From: Octopus sinensis
Taxonomy: Eukaryota
NCBI RefSeq assembly: GCF_006345805.1
Contig: NC_043016.1
Location: 31,992,001-32,056,000, forward strand
Direction: 5' to 3'
Length of the DNA stretch: 64,000 nt
This document shows positions 51,530 to 62,169 of this stretch, piece after piece; position 1 is the first letter of the stretch; each line of letters opens with the position of its first letter. The notes under the pieces were generated by a model. That model saw nothing but the letters and a program-made list of their open reading frames with translations, was not told the origin of the DNA and did no database searches. The translations under genes were made by a program, and so were the position numbers.

Positions 51530-52095
51530 GCAATGTATCATCAGATGAAAATGATGAGTGTATATGAGCAGAAGACCATGCATGGATATGTTTGTAGAAA
51601 GCTCCATGATGATAGTAACATTGATCATCAAAGCAGACTACCATGGACTAATAGCTGGATTATTATCTCTCACTTTGAAGGGTATGCGTTTGCGATCCAG
51701 GAACAGGAAATATCAACCAAATACCTGATGCACAAAAGGGATAGAGATGCAGGAAAAGTTGTAAAATGTGACAACTGATGCATACTTTATGGAGTTCACA
51801 CTGAAGATGTCACCCACATCATAAGCAGTTGTCTGAAAATGTCATCACGATATTATCTACCAATGAGACATGACGTAGCTTGGACACTATATAATGAAAT
51901 CTGCCGCAAGGATAACCCCAAGGACAAAGAAATAAGGACCCACAGTATGGTGGGCACCATACCCATTCATAATAAAAAGGATTACTAGTGGAATGTCTCA
52001 GTGAAAACCTCAATAAAATGTAAACACAACAAATCTGATATAATGATTTGGGATTGAGAAGAGAAACTGTGCACAGCGGTGGAAATTAGCTGCCT
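51530..52095 (+). pseudogene. R4/Dong-type non-LTR fossil (CCHC knuckle + RLE)
   Basis: EGYAFAIQEQEISTKY...EDVTHIISSC..MSSRYYLPMRHD...KHNKSDIMIWD*EEKLCTAVEISC. Confidence 0.8.
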
Positions 52096-52339
52096 TCTCA
52101 CTTATGTGTAGTTCCCCATTATTAACACCTTACTTACCTGCTATCACCCTCAATACCCTCAAATATCTAATGCAATCCCCACCCCAACCCTCTCCATCAT
52201 TCTCACTTCAATATTGGAACTCAAAATATTTACATTGTATCTGTTGTCATATCTCTGGCAGATTCTTTAATCAATTAAAGGAGTTGCTTGAAATGGCCAT
52301 AATGAACTGACACCTGTACATTTCTGTTACACATTATAT

Positions 52340-52389
<50 letters not shown>

Positions 52390-52406
<17 letters not shown>

Positions 52407-53030
52407 TCAACTTGTGTGTCTGTGTTTAACATCTCCTCCTAGCCAACAAATCGATATGTGTTTGTTTAGGCCTTATCCATGCATTGAATAGTGAACTTTA
52501 CTCACTCAGTGTGTAAATTGCATGAAAAATAAAAAATCAAGATATAAAAACGAATCGCCGTAAACATTGTAGAAATTCGGGAAAGAAATTAATTTTCAGG
52601 ATGTAGCCTGGAGGGTTTATTCGTATTAATCGTTTGGACTTTGTGAACACATATCAATCCTTTTCATAACATTTTTAACGCTTTGAATTAAATGTGACCA
52701 TTTTGCGTTGAGTCTGCAGTTTGAATCACTTTAACCAAATTTTAGCAGGCCGGATTTTTGATCATCACGATACATTGCCAGCAACTCTCTGAAATCCCCG
52801 TTGAGAAATACTGATCTAAAAGAATAATTCAACATGCAATTATTTGATCAACAAAAATTTATGAAACGCTTCTACATACTTCCTTTTGAGGAAATGGAAC
52901 ACATAAGCGCAAAAATAGAGGGCATTAAATGCTTGATTTTAAAACCAAATAATTGAATTTTGATTGAACTTCATCCAAGTTTAGCTTAATTCATGCGTGC
53001 ATAGAACGCACGAGCTGGGCAATACTGCTA

Positions 53031-53031
<1 letters not shown>
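52390..53031 (+). mobile_element. Non-autonomous Helitron-like element
   Basis: 5' TATATAAAACTCAACTTGTGTGTCTG resembles the element ending at 42783. 3' hairpin + GGGCAATACTGCTAG|T. Confidence 0.65.
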
Positions 53032-53097
<66 letters not shown>

Positions 53098-53110
53098 TAT
53101 ATAAATATAT

Positions 53111-54985
53111 ACCTAGCCAAAGATAAGCCCCTGTACCTGGCTTTTGTTGACATGGAGAAAGCCTTCGACAGGGTCCCCCGATCCCTTATCTGGTGGGCAA
53201 TGAGGAAACTAGGGATAGATGAATGGTTAGTGTGAGAGCTGTGCGGGCGCCATGTACAGGGACGCCGCTAGTAGGGTGAGGGTTGGAAATGTGTACAGTG
53301 AAGAATTCCGGGTAGAGGTAGGAGTCCACCAAGGCTCAGTACTCAGCCCCCTCCTATTTATCATAGTCCTCCAGGCAATAACGGAGGAATTCAAGACAGG
53401 ATGCCCTTGGGAGCTCCTCTATGCTGATGACCTTGCTCTAATTGCTGAGTCACTATCAGAACTGGAGGAGAAGTTTCAGGTGTGGAAACAAGGATTAGAA
53501 TCGAAGGGCCTCAGAGTCAATCTAGCTAAAACCAAAGTCGTAATCAGTAGGAAGGTAGACAAATCACAACACCTTCAGGTAGATGGCCCTGCTCGATCTG
53601 TAGAAAAGGTGTAGGTAGAAACTCTATAAGATGCACCAAGTGTAAGCTATGGACACATAAGAGATGCAGCAATGTCAAAGGAAGGCTAACTAGGAAGATG
53701 GTTTTTGTATGTGGCAGATGCTCAGGAACAATAAACACTGAAAATGCTCTGAGACCAACTTCCGTCACTTTCCAGGGAGAAAAACTAAAATAGTTGATAG
53801 TTTCCGTTACCTAGGTGACCAAGTCAGCAGCGGGGGCGGGTGTGCTGAAAGTGTAACTGCTAGAGTAAGAATAGCTTGGGCAAAGTTCAGAGAGCTCTTA
53901 CCTCTGCTGGTGACAAAAGGCCTCTCGCACAGAGTGAAAGGCAGACTGTATGATGCGTGTGTACGAACAGCCATGCTACATGCAGTGAAACATGGGCCGT
54001 GACTGCTGAGGATATGCGTAAGCTCGCTAGAAATGAAGCCAGTATGCTCCGATGGATGTGTAATGCCGGTACTCCACACTCGGCAGAGTGTAAGTACCTT
54101 GAGAGAAAAGCTGGACCTAAGAAGCATCAGTTGTGGTGTGCAAGAGAGACGTTTGCGCTGGTATGGTCATGTGGCGAGAATGGATGAAGATAGTTGTGTG
54201 AAAAAGTGCCACACCCTAGCGGTTGAGGGAACCTGTGGAAGAGGCAGACCCAGGAAAACCTGGGACGAGGTGGTGAAGCACGACCTTCGAACTTTAGGTC
54301 TCACTGAGGAAATGACTAGAGACCGAGACCTCTGGAAGTGTGCTGTGCGCGAGAAGACCCGGCAGGACAAGTGAGTCCATAACCCGTGGCCTTCTACATG
54401 GGATGGAGCCAGCCTACGTATGCATACCTTCCCTTCTTGGGACACCAAACTCTACTTGTGAAGACGTGATGAGGCAAGTGAGGATCAGAATCGAAATCGA
54501 TCAATGGAATTGCGGATGTGCTACCAGTGCCGGTGGCATGTCAAAACTCTGCTTGTGAAGACCCGTTGAGGCAAGTGACGATCAGAATCGAAATCGATCA
54601 ATGGAAATCGATCAATGGAAATTGCAGATGTGTTACCAGTGCCGGTGGCATGTAAGAGAACTTTCCGTTTCGCGACCGTTGCCAGCACCGCCCCGTTTCG
54701 TGTCCGTTGCCAGCCTCGCCTGGCCCTCGTGCCGGTGGCACATAAAAAGCACCATCCGTTCGTGGCCGTTTGCCAGCTCTGTCTGGCACCAGTGGGGTGG
54801 CACGTAAAAAGCACCCACTACACTCACGGAGTGGTTGGCGTTAGGAAGGGCATCCAGCCGTAGAAACACTGCCAGATTTGACTGGGCCTGATGAAGCCTT
54901 CTGGCTTCACAGACCCCAGTAGAACCGTCCAACCCATGCTAGCATGGAAAACGGACGCTAAACGATGATGATGATGATGATGATG
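53111..54985 (+). mobile_element. 5'-truncated, well-preserved RTE LINE: RT C-terminal half (53111-54374, several frameshifts) + 3'UTR + (GAT)n
   Basis: LYLAFVDMEKAFDRVPR, GVHQGSVLSPLLF, LLYADDL, FRYLGD, SETWA, RLRWYGHV, GRGRPRKTW. Confidence 0.95.
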
Positions 54986-55009
54986 ATATATGAATAAATA
55001 TATATACAT

Positions 55010-55520
55010 CACCATCATCATCGTTTAATGTTCGCTTTCCTTGCTAGCATGGGTTGGACAGTTTGACTGGGGTCTGGTGAGCCAGATGGCTGCACCAGGC
55101 TCCAGTCTGATCTGGCAGAGTTTCTACAGCTGGATGCCCTTCCTAACACCAACCGCTCCGAGGGTGTAGTGGTGCTTTTATGTGCCACCGGTACTGGCAA
55201 TGGCCATACTCAAATGATGTTTCTATGTGTCACCTGCACAGGAGCTAGTCTAGCGGCACTGGCAATGCCCTCGCTCAAATGTTGTTTTTCACGTACCACC
55301 AGTACAAGTGCCAGTAAGGCGATGCTGGTAACAATCACACTCAAATGGTGCTTTTTACGTGCCACTGCCACAGGGACCAGTCAGCAGCCCTGGCAACGAT
55401 CATGTTCAGATGGTGCTCTTAGCGCTCCACTAGCATGGATGCCAGTCATGCGATGCTGTCATCGAATTTGATTTCAATTTCACTTGCCTCAACAGGTCTT
55501 CGCAAGCAGAGTTTAGTGTC
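55010..55520 (-). mobile_element. RTE 3'UTR-derived repeat, tail-to-tail with the preceding RTE
   Basis: (CAT)n + reverse-complement core and subrepeats. Confidence 0.85.
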
Positions 55521-55540
55521 ATATATATATATATATATAT

Positions 55541-55827
55541 ATATATTATCCGAAGCGTACAGTATTATATATCCATCATGCCTGATCTTACAAATCAGTG
55601 TCACGCAAGGGGTACAACAGTGTGTTAGGTAACAATCTGATTATGTACTCCTACACTCATCAGAGGTAGCTGATATAGATTCAAATATGGCAACATCAGC
55701 AACCTCTGATGAGCACAGGGTTATATAAGCGGATTTTTACCTAACACTCCATAGTACCCCAAGCACGAAACCGATTGGTAAGATCAGCTGTGATGGATAT
55801 ATAATACTATACACTTCTGATAATATA
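55541..55827. repeat. Palindrome (~135-bp arms) carrying two opposed hammerhead-like motifs
   Basis: Right arm CCT CTGATGA G...C GAAA CCGATTGG TA AGA (55703-55783). The left arm is a diverged reverse complement. Confidence 0.8.
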
Positions 55828-55934
55828 CTCACTCTATTGACAGATATACAAATGCATCCTTTTCCTGCATTATGGGCTTTTAAATATATGTATGTATGTA
55901 TGTATAATATATATGTATATATAAATATATAATG

Positions 55935-56250
55935 TGGCACATAAAAAACACCATCTGAATGTGGCCAATGCCAGCATCACCTTGACTGGCGTTCATGCCG
56001 GTGGCACGTAAGAAACCACCAACCGATCATGGTCGTTGCCAGCCTCCTCTGGCCCCAGTGCCAGTGACACGTAAAAAGCACCCACTACACTCACGGAATG
56101 GTTGGCGTTAGGAAGGGCATCCAGCTGTAGAAACACTGCCAGATCAGACTGGAGCCTGGTGCATCCTCCTGGCTTCCCAGACCCCGGTCGAATCGTCCAA
56201 CTCATGCTAGCATGGAAACGGACGTTAAACGATGATGATGATAATGATGA
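55935..56250 (+). mobile_element. RTE 3'UTR-derived repeat
   Basis: Subrepeats, core and (GAT)n. Confidence 0.85.
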
Positions 56251-56310
56251 ATATATATATATATTGGAAGGTTTGGAGATGATGTACAGGTATTATATAT
56301 TAGAAGAAAT

Positions 56311-56514
56311 GAGGTAATCAGAAGATCGGATGGTTCATATTTACAGATATTTATTTATATATTATATTTTTTACATATATATCATATTTTTTTTATTTGA
56401 AAACCCCGCTAGAATGGGAGAAAGCGCTAATGATCTAAATATGATATATATGTAAAAAATGTAACATATAAATAAATATCTGTAAATATAAACCTCTGAT
56501 CTTCTGATTACCTC
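56311..56514. repeat. Foldback with ~80-bp arms
   Basis: GAGGTAATCAGAAGATC...TATCATATTT / AAATATGATA...GATCTTCTGATTACCTC. Confidence 0.85.
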
Positions 56515-56543
56515 TCTCTCTCTCTATATATAATATATCTATA

Positions 56544-56645
<102 letters not shown>

Positions 56646-57237
56646 AGAGAGAATTTTGTACATAACAAATGAAACCGATATTATAACAAGCAAATCGCTC
56701 TGAATCTAACACGATGATGACGACGACTACTCAGTGAGGTGGTTGACCGATGTGCAAGAAATAGCAAGTTATCTCATATATGTATAACCCACTGTGGAAG
56801 AATGCATTAAATAAAGTGGTCCAAGATTGACAGTGCCTTGGAAATAGGAAAATGAAACCTGTTGGGCACAGCTGGAATGCCTTTTTATCATTGGTCTCCT
56901 CAAAAAAATAAACAAAAAGATTTTATGATAACCAACAACAGCCTTCAACGTATCACAAATAAACAAGGGAACTTCTACCTAGTCATGTGTCTTCTTTTTC
57001 TTGTTAGTCTTTGATCTATAATTCGCATCTAAGATGCCTTGTACTAGAATTATTAAATTGGTTCAACTGCTTCTCTGCTATCTTACTTTACTGACACCAA
57101 AAGAACGAATGATTAAGTTGGCTCCAGCAAGATTTTAACTCAGACCACCGTTAAAATAAAAGTTACGGGTTGAATAAAATAACTTAGAATTCTGCTCATC
57201 CTAGCAGCTAATTTCTTTCTCAAACCAATTCCACCGT

Positions 57238-57553
57238 CTAAAAGAAAATATCACATTGGGGGGCCTTCAGAGGCCCACAGCTCTTCAATATCCTCCCGAA
57301 GAACCTGGGGGACCTGCATGGGGTGGATGCGGATGTCTTTAAAGTAGGACTGGATCTCTTCCTGTCAGGTGTCCAGGATGAACCAACTTCACGGCAGGAG
57401 GTGCAGATGAGGGCAGCTGCATCGAACTCTCTCATGCACCAAATCGCAGTTGCTAAAAAGCATTCGTGAGGTAAAATCATGTAGCAACACCAAATGGCGG
57501 TGCCCCAGCATGGCCACAGCTCAAGAGCTGAAACTGGAAAACATAAACATAAA
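57238..57553 (+). pseudogene. CR1/L2-clade LINE 3' end
   Basis: AFRGPQLFNILPKNLGDLHGVDADVFKVGLDLFLSGVPDEP...RAAASNSL. 3'UTR stem-loop CAGCTC-AA-GAGCTG and (ACATAA)n tail. Confidence 0.8.
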
Positions 57554-58691
57554 TTGGATAATGTACTCCGAGTTACATTATGGTTAGAAAAAAAAAAAGA
57601 TAAAAAGAAAAAAAAAGACGGGACAGTGTCATAGCTGGAGAGCTTTCATCATAAGTCTACTCGCCGAGAGTTGACCCTGGACTAAATAATAAGAGCAACA
57701 AAAAAAATAATAAATAAATTCTTTGTTTACGTAATTATTGTTTTCCGTCGTAGGTTTTTAAAAATTGGAGCAAGGCACTTAATTAAAACGTTGTAAACAG
57801 CCAAAAAGAAATCTTGAAACTTTAGTTTCTCTCCTTTCTTTATATCTTTTATTATTATTATTATTTACATTTATTTATTTATCAAACACTGAAATAAAAA
57901 CAAAAACAAAAGAAAGTCTAATGAAAAAATAAATAAATAAATAAATACAAATAGTTCCAATTTACTTTCTCCGTATTTCTGCCAAAAAAGACTGAAAACT
58001 AAGTCTTCATAGAACAACGAAGACGGGAATATTCTTTAATATACGAGATATTTTACCATTTCACCCAACACGCATTAGATTTCTAAAATAAAATAAATAA
58101 ATTTATAAAGTTAAATCCAATTCCAGAAGTACTTATGTATCATAATTATAAACCATTATAGCCACACACACACACCACACACACACACACACACAACACA
58201 CATACATAAATGCATATGTATATATTTGCGTGTGCGTTTGGCGGCGGCGGCAGTGTCTAATACAGCTTCTTAGCTACCAAAACATTACAAGGAATATGAG
58301 TGTGTGTGTGTAATCGCGAACACACATACACATCCAGTAGGGCTCACACACACACACACACACACATATCTAGTTACGCGCACGCGCGAATGTTTACATC
58401 CACTTCGCGTGGACGTTGAGTGGGTTAGATTATTTGTGTTTCTGCGTGTGTGCAACCGTTTAATGTTAATATCTGGCACTCACATGTGCTTGTTAGAAGT
58501 ATACGCACACAGACATTATATATACATATATATATATAATATACAAGTGTGTGTGTGTGTGTGATGTATGTATGTGTGTGTCCAATTCCTAGTAGCACAA
58601 CAAAACAAGGGCAAGGAAGTCAGACACGCCTACACAACTATGCCAAGTTAAACTAATCTGTCCTGCATTTAGACCATTGCAAACAACAAAC

Positions 58692-58725
<34 letters not shown>

Positions 58726-58871
58726 TCATCAACGAATAAAGTCCTTGCCAATGATATCGCCGTCAAAAAGAAAGAAAGTAAAAAGAAAAAAAAAGAACTC
58801 TACCAATCGAGTACAGAAAATATATTGGTACATGTAATTCGTAACTACTACCACTTACTTACATTCGAAGT

Positions 58872-58873
58872 GA

Positions 58874-58920
<47 letters not shown>

Positions 58921-58953
58921 TAATAATAATAATAATAAATAATAATAATAATA

Positions 58954-58991
<38 letters not shown>

Positions 58992-59152
58992 TAAAAAATA
59001 ATAATAATAATAATAATAAATAATAATAATAGTAATAATAATAATAAATAATAATAATAAAAATAAAAAATAATAATAATAATAATAATAAATAATAATA
59101 ATAATAAATAATAATAATAATAAAAATAAATAATAATAATAATAATAATAAA
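58872..59152. repeat. (AAT)n microsatellite
   Basis: Direct inspection. Confidence 0.95.
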
Positions 59153-60041
59153 AACGGTAATAATATAGGCATTAAAACACGTAAATAAAAAGCAGAGACC
59201 ATGGACGGTAACTAACTATATTAGAAAAACTAGGTGGTTGCTCGGACTGCTAGAAATAGCATCCAAATAGAATTACATCACACTTTTTTACTTACTACTT
59301 TTTCTATTTTTAAAGGACAAAAAAAAAAAAGACGATTATTTATCTAAAGTTACAGTCAACAATGTAGAAGTATTAGACAGAAAGAGAAAAAAAACTGATA
59401 AGTCGAGATGTTCATGGATGGAATACTGTTTTGATCAATTGTCTGCTCAGTTTAGGGGACTGAACAACAATATTTGCCAACTACGTTCTTCAACTAAGGA
59501 GCTCCACCTAACATCAACAGGGAGTTTACTTTAAACAGCCTCGTTTTACTTCATCAACAAAACCTTCCTTATACCATAAACCTATTTGACAAGATCCTGT
59601 TCCAAATAACAGCCTTGTTTCTTTTCTTCGGGATTTTTCTCTTCGTTTGGTTTACCACCTTCCTATCTACTTTTTTTTTTTTTTATTCCCAGCCTTTTTC
59701 TTTTATCCATTTATTTGGTAAATTGCTAGACAATTTGACCCAGATTTACAGATTTTTCAGCAAGTTGTCTTCAAAATATAAATATTAAAGAGAATATATA
59801 CATATTCACATATACATACATACAAACGTACACACACACACAGGCACGTACATACATACATAATACACACATATTAAACCACATATATACATACAAATCT
59901 ACTACGTACGTGTGTGTGTGTGATGTATGCATGTTAAGTATGCCCTGATTTATTGTCACGTGCTACATACACGTCATACATTCACATATGTATGTTTGTA
60001 TGCACATACACACGTATTTTGGACTATGGCCATGCTAGGGC

Positions 60042-60112
<71 letters not shown>

Positions 60113-60169
60113 TATATGTATATATATATATTATATACGTGTGTGTGTATGTACATGTATGTGTGTGTG

Positions 60170-60375
60170 AAGGCGCATGGCTCAGTGGTTAGAGCGTTGG
60201 GCTGACAATCACGAGTTCAATTCCCGGGCTGTATGTTGTGTTCTTGAGCAAGACACTTAATTCATACTGCTCCAGTTCACTCAGCTGTAGAAATGAGTTG
60301 TGGCGTCACTGGTGCCAAGCTCTATCGGGCCCCTTTGCCTTTCCCTTGGATAACATTGGTGGCAAGGAGAGGAGA
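60170..60375 (+). mobile_element. Third tRNA-derived SINE family; related copies at 62513-62745 and 62752-62900
   Basis: A box TGGCTCAGTGG, B box GAGTTCAATTCC, then GTGTTCTTGAGCAAGACACTT...TGCTCCAG. Confidence 0.75.
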
Positions 60376-60389
60376 GGTGCAATCCCATA

Positions 60390-60456
60390 TATGGGGTGTC
60401 CCAAAAGTCACTGATGGGTTTCAATTTTTAACAACTTCCTTAACTTTACGAATAAC

Positions 60457-60507
<51 letters not shown>

Positions 60508-60845
60508 AATTAATTGTATACAGTGCTCAGGTGCACCACAACTTGTCAGAAAGTGCATATAAAGTACATGCAGTAATGTAGAAATGTCTGGAAAGCGAAC
60601 AATGTATGAGTCAGATACATGCTTGTGTGTGTATGGAGGGGAGAAAATCAAGTGTAGTGTTGGCGAATCTCAGGAAGCATGGAAGTTTTGAAGGATGCAG
60701 TGCTCCGACAACTAACAACTTCAATGCTTGAAATTTTGATACAATATAAAGGACATAATAGAAATTAATGTATCAAGCATATATTTTTAAAGTTAAGGAA
60801 GTTATTAAAAACTGAAACTAATCAGTGACTTTTGGGACACCCTGT
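60390..60845. mobile_element. Tc1/mariner-type MITE with a nested CR1/L2 3' end (60456-60720, -)
   Basis: ~58-bp TIRs GGGTGTCCCAAAAGTCACTGAT...ACTTCCTTAACTTT and TA ends. The insert reads VVSCRSTASFKTSMLPEIRQHYT* with an (ATT)n tail. Confidence 0.8.
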
Positions 60846-61059
60846 ATGTGAGTGTGAGTGTGTGTGTGTGTAGGTGCAGGTATGCATGTGACTTAGAAGC
60901 ATACTTCTCAACTATTGGTTTCGAGTTCAGTACCATAGCAGTGCATCTTGGGCAAGTGTCTTCTACTATGGTCCTAAGCTGACCAAAGAAGAAAGCCTTT
61001 TGAGTGTATTTTGTAGGTGGAAACTGCATAGAAGCCAACTGTGTGTGTGTGTGTGTGTA

Positions 61060-61504
61060 CATTCATTATTTGAATGGGTGAAACAGAAGTTCAGTGAAAC
61101 TTCTCCAAATACTATTGCTCCACATTGTGACACTGTGTGGGATTTGATTAGAAAACTTAGAGACACAGGCTCAGTAGAAAACGCAGCAAGAAGTGGTAGG
61201 CCTACTGTTCTTTCAGATGAAACTCTTGCCAATAAACTGTTAGCAAGCCTGTCAAAGTCCTTACGCAAATTGTTACAGGAAACAGAAATCAGCCTCGGCA
61301 GTAAAATCAGCAGACGGCAGTAATAGAAGAAATTAAATTTTATGTATTGAAAATGAAGGATGACACTTTCAACACCTCTCATAAAGTACTTTTTTTAAAG
61401 TCTTGTAAAGTCTAATGTATTCTTTTGTAGTCTTATACCATCTTATGAATATTTATTTTGCAATAAAATACTTACTGCGGAGAAACTTTTTGAACACCCT
61501 GTAC
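61060..61504 (+). pseudogene. Tc1/IS630-like transposase HTH remnant with one TIR
   Basis: TVWDLIRKLRDTGSVENAARSGRPTV; end AAACTTTTTGAACACCCTGTA. Confidence 0.7.
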
Positions 61505-61506
61505 AA

Positions 61507-61925
61507 GGCGCAGGAGTGGCTGTGTGGTAAGTAGCTTGCTAACCAACCACATGGTCCGGGTTCAGTCCCCTGCGTGGCACCTTGGGCAATGTGTTCTTCT
61601 GCTATAGCCCTGGACCGACCAATGCCTTGTGAGTGGATTTGGTAGACGGAAATTGAAAGAAGCCTGTCGTATATATATATTATATATATATATATATGTG
61701 TGCGTGTATGTTTGTGTGTCTGTGTTTGTCCCCCTAGCATTGCTTGACAACCGATGCTAGTGTGTTTACGTCCCCGTTACTTAGCGGTTCGGCAAAAGAG
61801 ACCGATAGAATAAGTACTGGGCTTACAAAAGAATAAGTCCCGGGGTCGAGCTGCTCATTAAAGGCGGTGCACCAGCATGGCCGCAGTCAAATGACTGAAA
61901 CAAGTAAGAGAGTAAAAGAGAAAAG
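61507..61925 (+). mobile_element. Major SINE, full length
   Basis: Complete match. Confidence 0.9.
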
Positions 61926-62169
61926 AGAGAGTATATATATGTGTATCCATTGTATATATCTCTATCCACAATGAAGGGCATCTGGCCGTATGAGAAATAA
62001 TATCTCAATAATATGGGAAAACAGATGTGTAACAAATAAACACAAATGTGTGCGTGTGCATGTGTGTGTGTGTGTGTGTGTGTAGGTTTCCAAAGAGTGT
62101 GTATACACAGCGAATGAGTATAAAAATCAATGTTTATTGAAATACAATTCATTTTTAAAATTTAATTAA

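Noticed and set aside
53252-53614. Active reverse transcriptase gene
   Set aside because: 5'-truncated, no endonuclease domain and several frameshifts (some may be sequencing errors).
60170-60230. tRNA gene
   Set aside because: A and B boxes are present but there is no full cloverleaf, and the sequence continues into a SINE body.
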